Positions 29,995 to 40,125 of a stretch of DNA of 64,000 bases are shown here, piece by piece. The first letter of the stretch is position 1. Each line of letters starts with the position of its first letter. The DNA lies in the sequence record PV390659.2. One strand, written 5' to 3'. The stretch is from Escherichia phage vB_EcoM_P8. Under the pieces are notes generated by a model, which saw only the letters and a program-made list of their open reading frames with translations, was not told the origin of the DNA and did not search any database. Position numbers and translations under genes: made by a program.

Positions 29995-30023
29995 TTTACA
30001 AGCTGACAAGACTATGGTATAGT
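29994..30023 (+). promoter_or_regulatory. T4-type early promoter
   Basis: gtttac 29994-29999, tatagt 30018-30023. Confidence 0.55.
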
Positions 30024-30052
30024 AGTCTTGTTGGTTAAATGAGGAGATTGTT

Positions 30053-30235
30053 ATGGAATTGGTAAAGGTAGTTTTTATGGGGTGGTTTAAGAATGAAAGC
30101 ATGTTTACTAAAGAAATTACAATGATGAAAGATGACGTTCAATGGGCTACTACTCAATATGCTGAAGTTAATAAAGCTTTAGTTAAAGCTTTCATTGATG
30201 ACAAGAAAGTATGCGAAGTGGATTGCCGAGGATAA
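30053..30235 (+). CDS. dmd: Dmd, antitoxin against host RnlA/LsoA
   Basis: 60 aa, matches remembered T4 Dmd. Confidence 0.85.
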   Translation: MELVKVVFMGWFKNESMFTKEITMMKDDVQWATTQYAEVNKALVKAFIDDKKVCEVDCRG

Positions 30236-30236
30236 T

Positions 30237-30458
30237 ATGCATATCGTTTTATTTAAACCTACTCCATATAATGTCAGGAAAAATACTCAATTCAAGGCAC
30301 TTATTGCGGATACGTGGGAATTGGTGTTAGATATTCCAGCAGAAGAAAGCCCTCCATTTGGTCGAGTGGAATTTATTAAGTTTGCTGTGCGCCCTACGAA
30401 GCGACAGATTCGTCAATGCAAAAGATACTTTCGTAAAATCGTCAAGTTAGAGAAATAG
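30237..30458 (+). CDS. hypothetical protein (61.x region)
   Basis: ATG 30237 two nt after dmd stop; track alternative 30195. Confidence 0.5.
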   Translation: MHIVLFKPTPYNVRKNTQFKALIADTWELVLDIPAEESPPFGRVEFIKFAVRPTKRQIRQCKRYFRKIVKLEK

Positions 30459-30481
30459 TTATTGATGCTAGTAAAATAGTA

Positions 30482-30511
30482 GTTTACAAGCTGATAGAGT
30501 TGTGTTATAGT
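30482..30511 (+). promoter_or_regulatory. T4-type early promoter
   Basis: gtttac 30482-30487, tatagt 30506-30511; near copy of promoter at 29994. Confidence 0.55.
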
Positions 30512-30542
30512 AATTCTATCAGCTAATCGCGGAGAAAAGAAA

Positions 30543-30785
30543 ATGATGCTAGTTAATAGAGAATATCAGTTTAAATCAGAAGAAGATTTGGAAAAATTCG
30601 CAAGTGGTTGTGAACTGAATAGACGCACAGCTAAAGTCATAGGATTAAAACCCTTTACAGTTCTAGATTGTGAAGTTTCTAAATTCCGCAGAGGGTGTTC
30701 TATTAGCGGTCATGCTCTGGTTGATGGGAACACATTTTTCTTTGTTTTTAGCGTCAGAGAACTTTTATTGATTAACGAACTCTAG
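30543..30785 (+). CDS. hypothetical protein (61.x region)
   Basis: 80-aa ORF. Confidence 0.5.
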   Translation: MMLVNREYQFKSEEDLEKFASGCELNRRTAKVIGLKPFTVLDCEVSKFRRGCSISGHALVDGNTFFFVFSVRELLLINEL

Positions 30786-30854
30786 GAAATAAAATAGTTT
30801 ACTTTTGTTGGAAATTGAGATACTATATAAACATAAACTACTGAGGAGATTATC

Positions 30855-31148
30855 ATGAAAAAATTTGTTTTTGCTGCAATTTTTGCTTTAGCTTCTTGTG
30901 CTGCTCAGCCTGCTATGGCAGGTTATGATAAAGATTTGTGCGAATGGTCTATGACTGCAGATCAGACTGAGGTTGAAACTCAGATTGAAGCAGATATTAT
31001 GAATATCGTTGAGCGTGATCGCCCTGAAATGAAAGCTGAAGTACAAAAACAGCTTAAGTCTGGTGGTGTAATGCAGTATAATTACGTTCTGTATTGTGAT
31101 AAAAACTTCAATAATAAAAATATCATCGCTGAAGTGGTAGGTGAATAA
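30855..31148 (+). CDS. sp: Spackle (Sp) periplasmic superinfection exclusion protein
   Basis: 97 aa with signal peptide; GAGGAG RBS. Confidence 0.8.
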   Translation: MKKFVFAAIFALASCAAQPAMAGYDKDLCEWSMTADQTEVETQIEADIMNIVERDRPEMKAEVQKQLKSGGVMQYNYVLYCDKNFNNKNIIAEVVGE

Positions 31149-31774
31149 TGCTTTATCAAATGCACAAGTGCAAAGACACGTACAAATATAAAGGTGCCCA
31201 GTGTTATATCATTAATCGTGAAAACGCAGGTCCAGGTCATTCGCATCAATCACGGTTTGTATTCGTTAAAAACAACGAAATTATAGCAGTTGCTAATTAC
31301 GTGCTTGTGACTAATGATGTTAATCCGGTGCCTTTTACATATTATAATCTAATGGACTTGGCGTACGATTATAATTGGTTTAATCATGATACTTTGGCTC
31401 ATATTGAAGGTGTAGGATTTGACATCTCTTATTCTAGTTACTCGTTGTGTCCTATGAGCCGAGCTCATAAAGAGCCTGAATATTTTTCATTTCGTCGGCG
31501 TGTAGACTTTAAACGCAGCGCAGAGTATGTCGGTGGAATCTTTGTTAAAGGTAATCGAATTACTCGCATTATTTATCCTTTGGGTTGCGGTCAAAAAGAT
31601 ATTGATGTTGATTTAGACTTTACTGAAAACATCATTAATCATATTGCTTCTGTGTATTTTGATATTGATCACAAAATTGTAATATGTGGATATGAATTAC
31701 CATCAGAAAAACAATCTAAAGTGAAAGTTTCTATTGACGATCAAATTTTTAACGCTTTTATGAATAGAGGTTAA
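31148..31774 (+). CDS. hypothetical protein (61.2-like position)
   Basis: 208-aa ORF with ATGA coupling to sp. Confidence 0.6.
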   Translation: MLYQMHKCKDTYKYKGAQCYIINRENAGPGHSHQSRFVFVKNNEIIAVANYVLVTNDVNPVPFTYYNLMDLAYDYNWFNHDTLAHIEGVGFDISYSSYSLCPMSRAHKEPEYFSFRRRVDFKRSAEYVGGIFVKGNRITRIIYPLGCGQKDIDVDLDFTENIINHIASVYFDIDHKIVICGYELPSEKQSKVKVSIDDQIFNAFMNRG

Positions 31775-31775
31775 T

Positions 31776-31940
31776 ATGAAAACATATAAAGAATTTATCA
31801 AAGAAGATATGGTAGCTGGAGATTCAGGTGGTAATCCTGAAAATATCTCTACTGGAACAACGTCAGGCGCTGTAGTAAATAAAGGTCCTGAACAGATTCC
31901 TAAAAAGAAAAAAGAGGAATCTAAAGAAAAAGAAGAGTAA
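31776..31940 (+). CDS. hypothetical small protein (54 aa)
   Basis: ATG after GAGG; lysine/glutamate-rich tail. Confidence 0.4.
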   Translation: MKTYKEFIKEDMVAGDSGGNPENISTGTTSGAVVNKGPEQIPKKKKEESKEKEE

Positions 31941-31943
31941 AAA

Positions 31944-32972
31944 ATGTCATCAATACCTTGGATTGATAATGAGTTTGCATATCGTGCGCTAGCTCATTTA
32001 CCTAAATTCACACAAGTAAATAATAGTTCAACTTTTAAATTACGGTTTAGATGCCCTGTTTGTGGAGATTCAAAAACCGACCAAAATAAAGCTCGTGGAT
32101 GGTATTATGGCGATAATAATGAAGGAAATATTCATTGCTATAACTGTAACTATCATGCACCAATCGGAATATATTTAAAGGAGTTTGAACCTGATTTATA
32201 TCGTGAGTATATCTTTGAAATAAGAAAAGAAAAAGGTAAAAGTCGTCCAGTAGAAAAACCTAAAGAACTTCCTAAACAACCCGAGAAGAAAATAATTAAA
32301 TCTCTTCCGTCATGCATTAGATTAGATAAACTGACGGAAGACCATCCAATTATAAAATACGTAAAAGCTCGTTGTATTCCAAAGGATAAATGGAAATATC
32401 TTTGGTTTACAACCGAATGGCCTAAATTAGTTAATAGTATAGCACCAGGAACATATAAAAAGGAAATACCTGAGCCTCGTCTTGTTATTCCAATTTATAA
32501 TGCTAATGGAAAAGCTGAGTCTTTTCAAGGACGTGCATTAAAGAAAGATGCTCCTCAAAAATATATCACCATCAAAGCTTATCCTGAGGCAACAAAAATC
32601 TATGGTGTTGAACGAGTTAAAGATGGTGATGTATATGTTCTAGAAGGACCTATAGATTCACTTTTTATTGAAAATGGTATAGCTATTACAGGCGGTCAAT
32701 TAGACCTAGAAATTGTTCCATTTAAAGATAGACGAGTATGGGTTTTGGATAATGAACCTCGTCATCCTGATACTATTAAACGAATGACTAAATTAGTTGA
32801 CGCAGGAGAAAGGGTTATGTTTTGGGATAAATCTCCCTGGAAATCAAAAGATGTTAATGATATGATTAGAAAGGAAGGTGCAACCCCTGAACAAATTATG
32901 GAATATATGAAAAATAATATTGCCCAAGGGTTGATGGCTAAAATGCGGCTATCTAAATATGCTAAGATTTAA
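31944..32972 (+). CDS. 61: DNA primase gp61
   Basis: 342 aa, zinc ribbon CPVCGD..CYNC, TOPRIM-like core. Confidence 0.9.
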   Translation: MSSIPWIDNEFAYRALAHLPKFTQVNNSSTFKLRFRCPVCGDSKTDQNKARGWYYGDNNEGNIHCYNCNYHAPIGIYLKEFEPDLYREYIFEIRKEKGKSRPVEKPKELPKQPEKKIIKSLPSCIRLDKLTEDHPIIKYVKARCIPKDKWKYLWFTTEWPKLVNSIAPGTYKKEIPEPRLVIPIYNANGKAESFQGRALKKDAPQKYITIKAYPEATKIYGVERVKDGDVYVLEGPIDSLFIENGIAITGGQLDLEIVPFKDRRVWVLDNEPRHPDTIKRMTKLVDAGERVMFWDKSPWKSKDVNDMIRKEGATPEQIMEYMKNNIAQGLMAKMRLSKYAKI

Positions 32973-33169
32973 ATTAATCCAACTAAAGCAAATGCTAAAT
33001 CTACGAATGTATCGAGAGTAATTACTGGAATACTAACGCCATGAGCAATAGCAATTGGCGATAAAATAAAGTTCCATAGTAAAATTCCTATCATAGCAGA
33101 AATAGTAAAAGCTATACGTTTTTTATTACCTTTTATGGCATTAACAAGTGCCATTAATTTTTGTACCAT
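32969..33169 (-). CDS. small membrane protein on the opposite strand (66 aa, two predicted TM helices)
   Basis: strong AGGAGG RBS 7 nt before ATG; convergent 4-nt overlap with gene 61 stop; + strand here is otherwise a 300-nt non-coding gap. Confidence 0.5.
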   Translation of the reverse strand: MVQKLMALVNAIKGNKKRIAFTISAMIGILLWNFILSPIAIAHGVSIPVITLDTFVDLAFALVGLI

Positions 33170-33218
33170 GCGTCGTCCTCCTTTAAATTAAATATTTATC
33201 GCAAATTTTACAAAATTT

Positions 33219-33248
33219 GTTTACTTTCTCAGCTTGCTGTGGTATTAT
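33219..33248 (+). promoter_or_regulatory. T4-type early promoter driving 186-aa ORF and dam
   Basis: gtttac 33219-33224, tattat 33243-33248; GAGGA RBS before ATG 33274. Confidence 0.6.
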
Positions 33249-33273
33249 AAAATAAACTGCTGAGGATAATATA

Positions 33274-34613
<1,340 letters not shown>

Positions 34614-34673
34614 CTGCTTATATATTCAAATGATATAATTATTTAACTTATTAATGAATTGAAAGGAAAAATA

Positions 34674-35192
34674 ATGGCATACTTTAATGAATGTTCACAG
34701 CTGATCGAAGGCGCTGATAAAGCTCAAAATGAATACTGGGATATTCTCGGTGATGAAAAAGACCCGCTGCAGGTTATGCTTGATATGCAGAAATCTCTGC
34801 AGGTTCGTTTAGCTAAAGATAAACCTGAATATAACCGTCATCCTGATGATTTGGCTACTGCAGGTGAAGTTGTTGATTGGCTGCGTAATCAGAAAGATTA
34901 TATTGACGATGAATTCCGTGAACTTCTAACTTCTCTTGGCGGTATGAGCAATGGCGAAAAAGATGCATCTGCTGTATGGAAGCCTTGGAAGTCACAGCAT
35001 GGTGAACGCCGTGAAACTCTAATTACTGATTTGTCTCCACAAGACCAGTTGGAAATTAAATTCGAAATGATTGATATTCTTCATTTCGTTCTGAACATGT
35101 TCCAAGGTCTCGGCCTTACTGCTGAAGAAATCTTTAAACTTTATTATCTGAAGAATGCTGAAAACTTCGCTCGTCAAGACCGAGGTTATTAA
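34674..35192 (+). CDS. 56: dCTPase/dUTPase gp56
   Basis: ORF track 34659..35192; ATG 34674 gives MAYFNECSQ.. as in T4 gp56. Confidence 0.85.
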   Translation: MAYFNECSQLIEGADKAQNEYWDILGDEKDPLQVMLDMQKSLQVRLAKDKPEYNRHPDDLATAGEVVDWLRNQKDYIDDEFRELLTSLGGMSNGEKDASAVWKPWKSQHGERRETLITDLSPQDQLEIKFEMIDILHFVLNMFQGLGLTAEEIFKLYYLKNAENFARQDRGY

Positions 35193-35236
35193 TAGCTCGT
35201 TTATTTAAACGACGACTTAAAAGCCGCGAGAATTAT

Positions 35237-35244
35237 TATAAATA
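35237..35244 (+). promoter_or_regulatory. late promoter TATAAATA for soc
   Basis: exact TATAAATA about 30 nt upstream of soc ATG. Confidence 0.6.
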
Positions 35245-35274
35245 ATCATGTAATTTAAATAAAAGGAGAATTAC

Positions 35275-35520
35275 ATGGCTAGTACTCGCGGTTATGTTAA
35301 TATCAAAACGTTTGAGCAGAAATTAGATGGAAATAAGAAAATTGAAGGAAAGGAAATTTCTGTAGCTTTCCCTCTTTATTCTGACGTTCACAAAATTTCT
35401 GGCGCTCATTACCAGACATTCCCTTCAGAAAAAGCAGCATATACTACTGTATATGAAGAAAATCAACGTACTGAATGGATTGCCGCAAACGAAGATTTGT
35501 GGAAAGTAACTGGTGGTTAA
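35275..35520 (+). CDS. soc: small outer capsid protein Soc
   Basis: 81 aa, matches remembered T4 Soc. Confidence 0.9.
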   Translation: MASTRGYVNIKTFEQKLDGNKKIEGKEISVAFPLYSDVHKISGAHYQTFPSEKAAYTTVYEENQRTEWIAANEDLWKVTGG

Positions 35521-35528
35521 TAATTCAA

Positions 35529-35552
35529 GGACTCCTTCGGGAGTCCTTTTTT
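35529..35552 (+). terminator. intrinsic terminator (GGACUCC-UUCG-GGAGUCC + T6)
   Basis: perfect 7-bp stem, UUCG loop, TTTTTT. Confidence 0.75.
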
Positions 35553-35562
35553 CATTTTACTG

Positions 35563-35592
35563 GTTTACTTTCCAAAATGAGTATGGTATAAT
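35563..35592 (+). promoter_or_regulatory. T4-type early promoter
   Basis: gtttac 35563-35568, tataat 35587-35592. Confidence 0.6.
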
Positions 35593-35618
35593 AAAATTAT
35601 CTTATAGAGGAGAGCACT

Positions 35619-35831
35619 ATGTTAAATCGCTGGATTAAACCAAATGAAGACCTTCAGAAGGTTCTTGATAAAGCTATCTCTGATAAATGGGGTATGAAAA
35701 GCTGGGATTGTGATATCGTCACGCATTCATTCATGATGCATGCAGATGGTTCAGTCGAGTTCAATGCTGAAATGCGATACACTGACTGGGGTGGATTTCA
35801 AAGAGTCGAATTTCAAAGAGGCTTTTTGTAA
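35619..35831 (+). CDS. hypothetical protein
   Basis: 70-aa ORF after GAGGAG RBS. Confidence 0.5.
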   Translation: MLNRWIKPNEDLQKVLDKAISDKWGMKSWDCDIVTHSFMMHADGSVEFNAEMRYTDWGGFQRVEFQRGFL

Positions 35832-36172
35832 TGTTTATCTTCAATTGGTTTAAAAGTTTCTTTACGGATTTTTTCTCTACGACTCCTGGAGAAGGTGTAG
35901 TTCCTATTTCAAATGACTACCTTCCTTTAACTGTAGTTGAATATGTTTATATGGGAGATGGAACAGTAGAAGCAGTTACTATGACTTATGAAGAAGCCCA
36001 GGAATATTATAAAAATCCCTGGCGCTGGTCAACACCTACTACATCATCTAATACACAGAATATACAGTCTAATTCTGATTCATATGATACTAATGTTCCT
36101 GTTCATGTATGGACGGGTGATTCATGTGGAAGTTCTTGTGATTCTAGTTGTTCATCTACATCTTGTGATTGA
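35831..36172 (+). CDS. hypothetical protein with Cys/Ser-rich C-terminal tail
   Basis: 113 aa; C-terminus [18 protein letters not shown]. Confidence 0.5.
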   Translation: MFIFNWFKSFFTDFFSTTPGEGVVPISNDYLPLTVVEYVYMGDGTVEAVTMTYEEAQEYYKNPWRWSTPTTSSNTQNIQSNSDSYDTNVPVHVWTGDSCGSSCDSSCSSTSCD

Positions 36173-36180
36173 GGAAAATT

Positions 36181-36666
36181 ATGGAAGCGATTTTGTTTGA
36201 AATGTATATTAGCAGTAATAGTTTGTCGTTTGCTAAAGATATTCCAATTACAGTAGCAGTAATGATTGATAAGGGTTATTGTGACCCAATGTATCTAGTA
36301 GAAAATTTCGTTTCAATGCCAGTTCCAGAAGATGCTGAAATAAAGCTTAAAAAGATTGGTATTATTGAAACTGTACCAAATATTCCGTTTAGAGCAATTG
36401 AAGCATTTACTAAATCCGAATACATTAATGTTAGTGCAGAACAATATAATGATAAACCTTTATCTTTCTATTCGTATGATTCATTATATAGTTGGAAAAT
36501 AGATAAAGGAAATAAATTTATAATTGCGAGTGAAGATGCTTTATCATACTTTATTTCTTCTGTATGGAATAGTTTACATCCAAATTTGCTAAAAATTCAT
36601 GAATTTGATGATGCTCCTACTGTTGTTTTAGGTAAAACAAATGAAAGTTCTGAAGAAAATGTTTGA
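36181..36666 (+). CDS. hypothetical protein, possibly Mrh by size (161 aa) and position
   Basis: ORF track 36169..36666; ATG 36181 after GAGGA. Confidence 0.45.
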   Translation: MEAILFEMYISSNSLSFAKDIPITVAVMIDKGYCDPMYLVENFVSMPVPEDAEIKLKKIGIIETVPNIPFRAIEAFTKSEYINVSAEQYNDKPLSFYSYDSLYSWKIDKGNKFIIASEDALSYFISSVWNSLHPNLLKIHEFDDAPTVVLGKTNESSEENV

Positions 36667-36844
36667 ATGGTTCAATAGACCAAACTCAATGTACATTGAT
36701 GATGGTTGGGTTGAACAGGCAAATAAAGAAATGCAGAACGAATCAGAAGAATGGATGAAATCAATGATTAGTGCCGAGAAAGAAAAGAAATTAGAACGCT
36801 CAGCGCTTAAATTGATGAGAGACATCTATGGGGATAAATCGTGA
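36641..36844 (+). CDS. hypothetical protein
   Basis: 67-aa ORF overlapping previous. Confidence 0.4.
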   Translation: MKVLKKMFEWFNRPNSMYIDDGWVEQANKEMQNESEEWMKSMISAEKEKKLERSALKLMRDIYGDKS

Positions 36845-36997
36845 ACAGAGATATGACGCTAGAAGAGGCCAAGGCTAAAGCAAATGAAGCATTGGATTTG
36901 CTTCTTAAAATCGGTAGTAAAATGATGGAAGAAAATGAAAAATATATCCAGGAAAACAAAATTCCTGACGGTCCATTAGTAGGCAAGAGGAAATCGA

Positions 36998-37468
36998 ATG
37001 ATTGAAGTAGCAAAACATTATTCAATAGAATTTATGTCTAAAGAAGGTAAATCAGTAAATACACTTGATAAAAAATGCTCATTAATTATTCCTTTAGCAG
37101 AAAATCCAGATATTTTAATTAAAGATATAAAAGAAAGAAAATATCCAGAAAATGTTATTCTAATTATAAAGCATACTGAAGATATTTTGCAGAATACTGA
37201 TTCACCATTTTCTTCTTCTGAAGCTTTAACTATTAAAGGCTATAAAAGAGCTCATGAATATGGTCTTTTTGACCTGTTTGAAGACGATAAAGTTAAATTA
37301 GCGAGTCAACCTTCTAAAAGTAAAACATTCATTATTGAAGATATTAAAGATATAAATGCATTTGTTAAGATGGTCTGGGCTCATTTTGATGTTGGACTAC
37401 GCTGGAGAATGTCCGAAGAAGAAAGAAAGATTATTGAAGCTAATCGTTATTTTGGTTTTTACCGCTAG
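36998..37468 (+). CDS. hypothetical protein
   Basis: 156-aa AT-rich ORF. Confidence 0.5.
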   Translation: MIEVAKHYSIEFMSKEGKSVNTLDKKCSLIIPLAENPDILIKDIKERKYPENVILIIKHTEDILQNTDSPFSSSEALTIKGYKRAHEYGLFDLFEDDKVKLASQPSKSKTFIIEDIKDINAFVKMVWAHFDVGLRWRMSEEERKIIEANRYFGFYR

Positions 37469-37476
37469 GAATTAAT

Positions 37477-37659
37477 ATGGATTTATTTGAGATGTTAGAA
37501 GATAATCATTCTACGAATATCCAGAATGATTCTAGTGATTATAAGAAAGAGTACCGTATAGTATTACAGAATTATGGAATTGAAGCCCCAGATGCTCTTC
37601 TAGAAGAACTAGCTTCATACCATCTTGACCCTCCGCCCTGGGCTCCCTGGGCAAAATAA
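37477..37659 (+). CDS. hypothetical protein
   Basis: 60-aa ORF. Confidence 0.4.
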   Translation: MDLFEMLEDNHSTNIQNDSSDYKKEYRIVLQNYGIEAPDALLEELASYHLDPPPWAPWAK

Positions 37660-37670
37660 TTCAAAAAGTT

Positions 37671-37700
37671 GTTTACTTTCCTTCCTAACAATGATATGAT
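37671..37700 (+). promoter_or_regulatory. T4-type early promoter
   Basis: gtttac 37671-37676, tatgat 37695-37700. Confidence 0.55.
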
Positions 37701-37726
37701 AGTTTCTGAAGTATATGGAGGCTATC

Positions 37727-38350
37727 ATGATTATTAATCTCGCAGATGTTGAACAGTTATCTATAAAAGCTGAAAGTGTCGATTTTCAATATGATATGTA
37801 TAAAAAGGTCTGTGAAAAATTTACTGACTTTGAACAGTCAGTTCTTTGGCAGTGTATGGAAGCCAAAAAGAATGAAGCTCTTCATCGGCAGTTGAATAAA
37901 ATCGTTAAAAAGCATTTAACTAAATCGCCGTATCAGCTATATCGTGGTATATCAAAATCGACAAAAGAACTCATTAAAGATTTACAAGTTGGAGAAGTGT
38001 TTTCAACGAACAGAGTAGATTCATTTACTACTAGTTTGCATACAGCGTGTTCTTTTTCTTATGCTGAATATTTCACTGAAATAGTACTTCGCTTAAAAAC
38101 TGATAAAGCTTTTAATTACTCTGACCATATCAGCGATATTATACTTTCTTCTCCTAATACTGAGTTTAAGTATACATATGAAGATACTGATGGATTAGAT
38201 TCAGAACGTACTGATAACTTAATGATGATTGTGCGTGAACAAGAATGGATGATTCCAATTGGAAAGTATAAAATAACTTCTATTTCAAAAGAAAAATTAC
38301 ACGATTCATTTGGAACATTTAAAGTGTATGATATTGAGGTAGTTGAATGA
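37727..38350 (+). CDS. modB: mono-ADP-ribosyltransferase ModB
   Basis: ORF track 37715..38350; R-S-E motif (YRG, STN, EQEWMIP). Confidence 0.7.
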   Translation: MIINLADVEQLSIKAESVDFQYDMYKKVCEKFTDFEQSVLWQCMEAKKNEALHRQLNKIVKKHLTKSPYQLYRGISKSTKELIKDLQVGEVFSTNRVDSFTTSLHTACSFSYAEYFTEIVLRLKTDKAFNYSDHISDIILSSPNTEFKYTYEDTDGLDSERTDNLMMIVREQEWMIPIGKYKITSISKEKLHDSFGTFKVYDIEVVE

Positions 38351-38949
38351 AATATTCAGCAATGCAATTAAAAGATTTTAAAATCAAATCAATGGATGCA
38401 TCGGTGCGTGCTTCTATTCGTGAAGAATTACTTTCTGAAGGATTTAATTTATCCGAAATTGAACTTTTAATTCATTGTATTACTAATAAGCCAGACGATC
38501 ATTCTTGGTTAAATGAAATAATCAAATCTCGTTTGGTTCCAAACGATAAACCTCTTTGGAGAGGTGTTCCAGTTGAGACTAAACAGGTGTTAAATCAAGG
38601 AATTGATATTATTACATTTGATAAAGTAGTATCAGCTTCATATGATAAAAATATAGCTCTGCATTTTGCTTCTGGATTAGAATACAACACGCAAGTTATT
38701 TTTGAATTCAAAGCTCCTATGGTATTTAATTTTCAGGAGTATGCTATAAAAGCTCTACGTTGTAAAGAATACAGTCCAAGTTTTAAGTTTCCGGATAGTC
38801 ATCGCTATCGTAATATGGAATTAGTTTCAGATGAACAAGAAGTAATGATACCAGCTGGAAGTGTATTTAGAATTGCAGATAGATATGAGTATAAAAAGTA
38901 TTCAACATACACTATCTATACTCTTGATTTTGAAGGATTTAATCTATAA
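38347..38949 (+). CDS. modA: mono-ADP-ribosyltransferase ModA
   Basis: 200 aa, R-S-E motif (WRG, SAS, EQEVMIP), paralog of preceding gene. Confidence 0.7.
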   Translation: MKYSAMQLKDFKIKSMDASVRASIREELLSEGFNLSEIELLIHCITNKPDDHSWLNEIIKSRLVPNDKPLWRGVPVETKQVLNQGIDIITFDKVVSASYDKNIALHFASGLEYNTQVIFEFKAPMVFNFQEYAIKALRCKEYSPSFKFPDSHRYRNMELVSDEQEVMIPAGSVFRIADRYEYKKYSTYTIYTLDFEGFNL

Positions 38950-39005
38950 TGGAAGGACTTAGATTCATTATACCATGAAAGTTTTAAAGCATTTTTCATA
39001 AAGTT

Positions 39006-39035
39006 GTTTACAAGCTGAAGTAAAAATGTTATAGT
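39006..39035 (+). promoter_or_regulatory. T4-type early promoter
   Basis: gtttac 39006-39011, tatagt 39030-39035. Confidence 0.55.
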
Positions 39036-39065
39036 ATAAGTAGTTAACCCGTCCGTGAGAAAAAT

Positions 39066-39812
39066 ATGAAACTGTCTAAAAATCAAATTCGTAAAATTAC
39101 ACGTCGTTTAGAGCATACTCAGGCATCTGCCAAAAGACGTTCTAAAGATTTTAACTTAGACTTCAATTACATTAAGAACATTTTAGATCAGAAAGTTTGT
39201 GCTTACTCGGGAGAACCTTTTGATAATCGTATTGAAGGAGAGAAATTATCATTAGAACGTTTTGATAATAACGTTGGATACATTAAAGGGAATGTTATTG
39301 CAGTAAAGAAAAAGTACAATACATTTCGTTCTGATTATACTTTAGAAGAGTTGATTGAAAAGCGTGATTTATTTGCTTTGCGAATTGGTCGTTCATCTGC
39401 GAAAAAAGTTCATAAACTAAATTTAGATGAAAAGAAATGGGCTAAAATCAAAAAGACTTATAATCAAATTAAAGCTATACAGAAAAAACGTGAAAACCGA
39501 ATTGAGCACATTTCTCAGCTTTCTAAATCAAAACAAACTTCTGACGTTAAGCTAACGATTATAGCACTCAAAGCTCGTATTGATGGTTCACGTATAGCAG
39601 AAGGCGCTGAAGTTGTTAAACTGAACGTTCTTCTTAAAGGCTCGGATTGGAAAACTGTGAAAAAGTTGTCAGAAGCAGAAATGCAATATGATATGTGTGA
39701 TAAAATTATTCAAGGTGTAGAGCGGTATCAAAACTTGTCTTTTATTGATAAACTTAAACTGAAAAGAGGATACCCGCTAAATTGTTCAATTTTTAAACTT
39801 ATCCGAGGATAA
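39066..39812 (+). CDS. hypothetical protein, possibly Srd by position
   Basis: 248-aa basic ORF between modA and dda. Confidence 0.45.
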   Translation: MKLSKNQIRKITRRLEHTQASAKRRSKDFNLDFNYIKNILDQKVCAYSGEPFDNRIEGEKLSLERFDNNVGYIKGNVIAVKKKYNTFRSDYTLEELIEKRDLFALRIGRSSAKKVHKLNLDEKKWAKIKKTYNQIKAIQKKRENRIEHISQLSKSKQTSDVKLTIIALKARIDGSRIAEGAEVVKLNVLLKGSDWKTVKKLSEAEMQYDMCDKIIQGVERYQNLSFIDKLKLKRGYPLNCSIFKLIRG

Positions 39813-39813
39813 T

Positions 39814-40125
39814 ATGTTTTATGTATATGCGATAGTGTATAGAGATAAAGATGGATTTGCGGTGCCTGTTCCTCTTGATGAACATCGTCCTGCTGTATTT
39901 TTTGAAAGGGAGATTGCTGATAAAGTATTTACTACTCTTAAAGAGCAGTATCGACTAGCTTTAGGTATGGGAATTCCGAGATTAGTTGAGACTCCACGCA
40001 AGTTTTGGTTTAATAAAATAGAAGTTAAACATGTTAAGCCTGATGTAGACACGCAAAGATTATATCGGCGAATTTTAGATACTGGGCGTATTGTTAGTAT
40101 ACCAATTGCAGGGAATTTACGATGA
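39814..40125 (+). CDS. hypothetical protein
   Basis: 103-aa ORF with ATGA coupling to dda. Confidence 0.5.
   Translation: MFYVYAIVYRDKDGFAVPVPLDEHRPAVFFEREIADKVFTTLKEQYRLALGMGIPRLVETPRKFWFNKIEVKHVKPDVDTQRLYRRILDTGRIVSIPIAGNLR

Noticed and set aside
33170-33200. Late-promoter-like ATAAATAT on the minus strand upstream of the antisense membrane ORF
   Set aside because: One mismatch from TATAAATA and no supporting context; antisense ORF expression left unexplained rather than asserted
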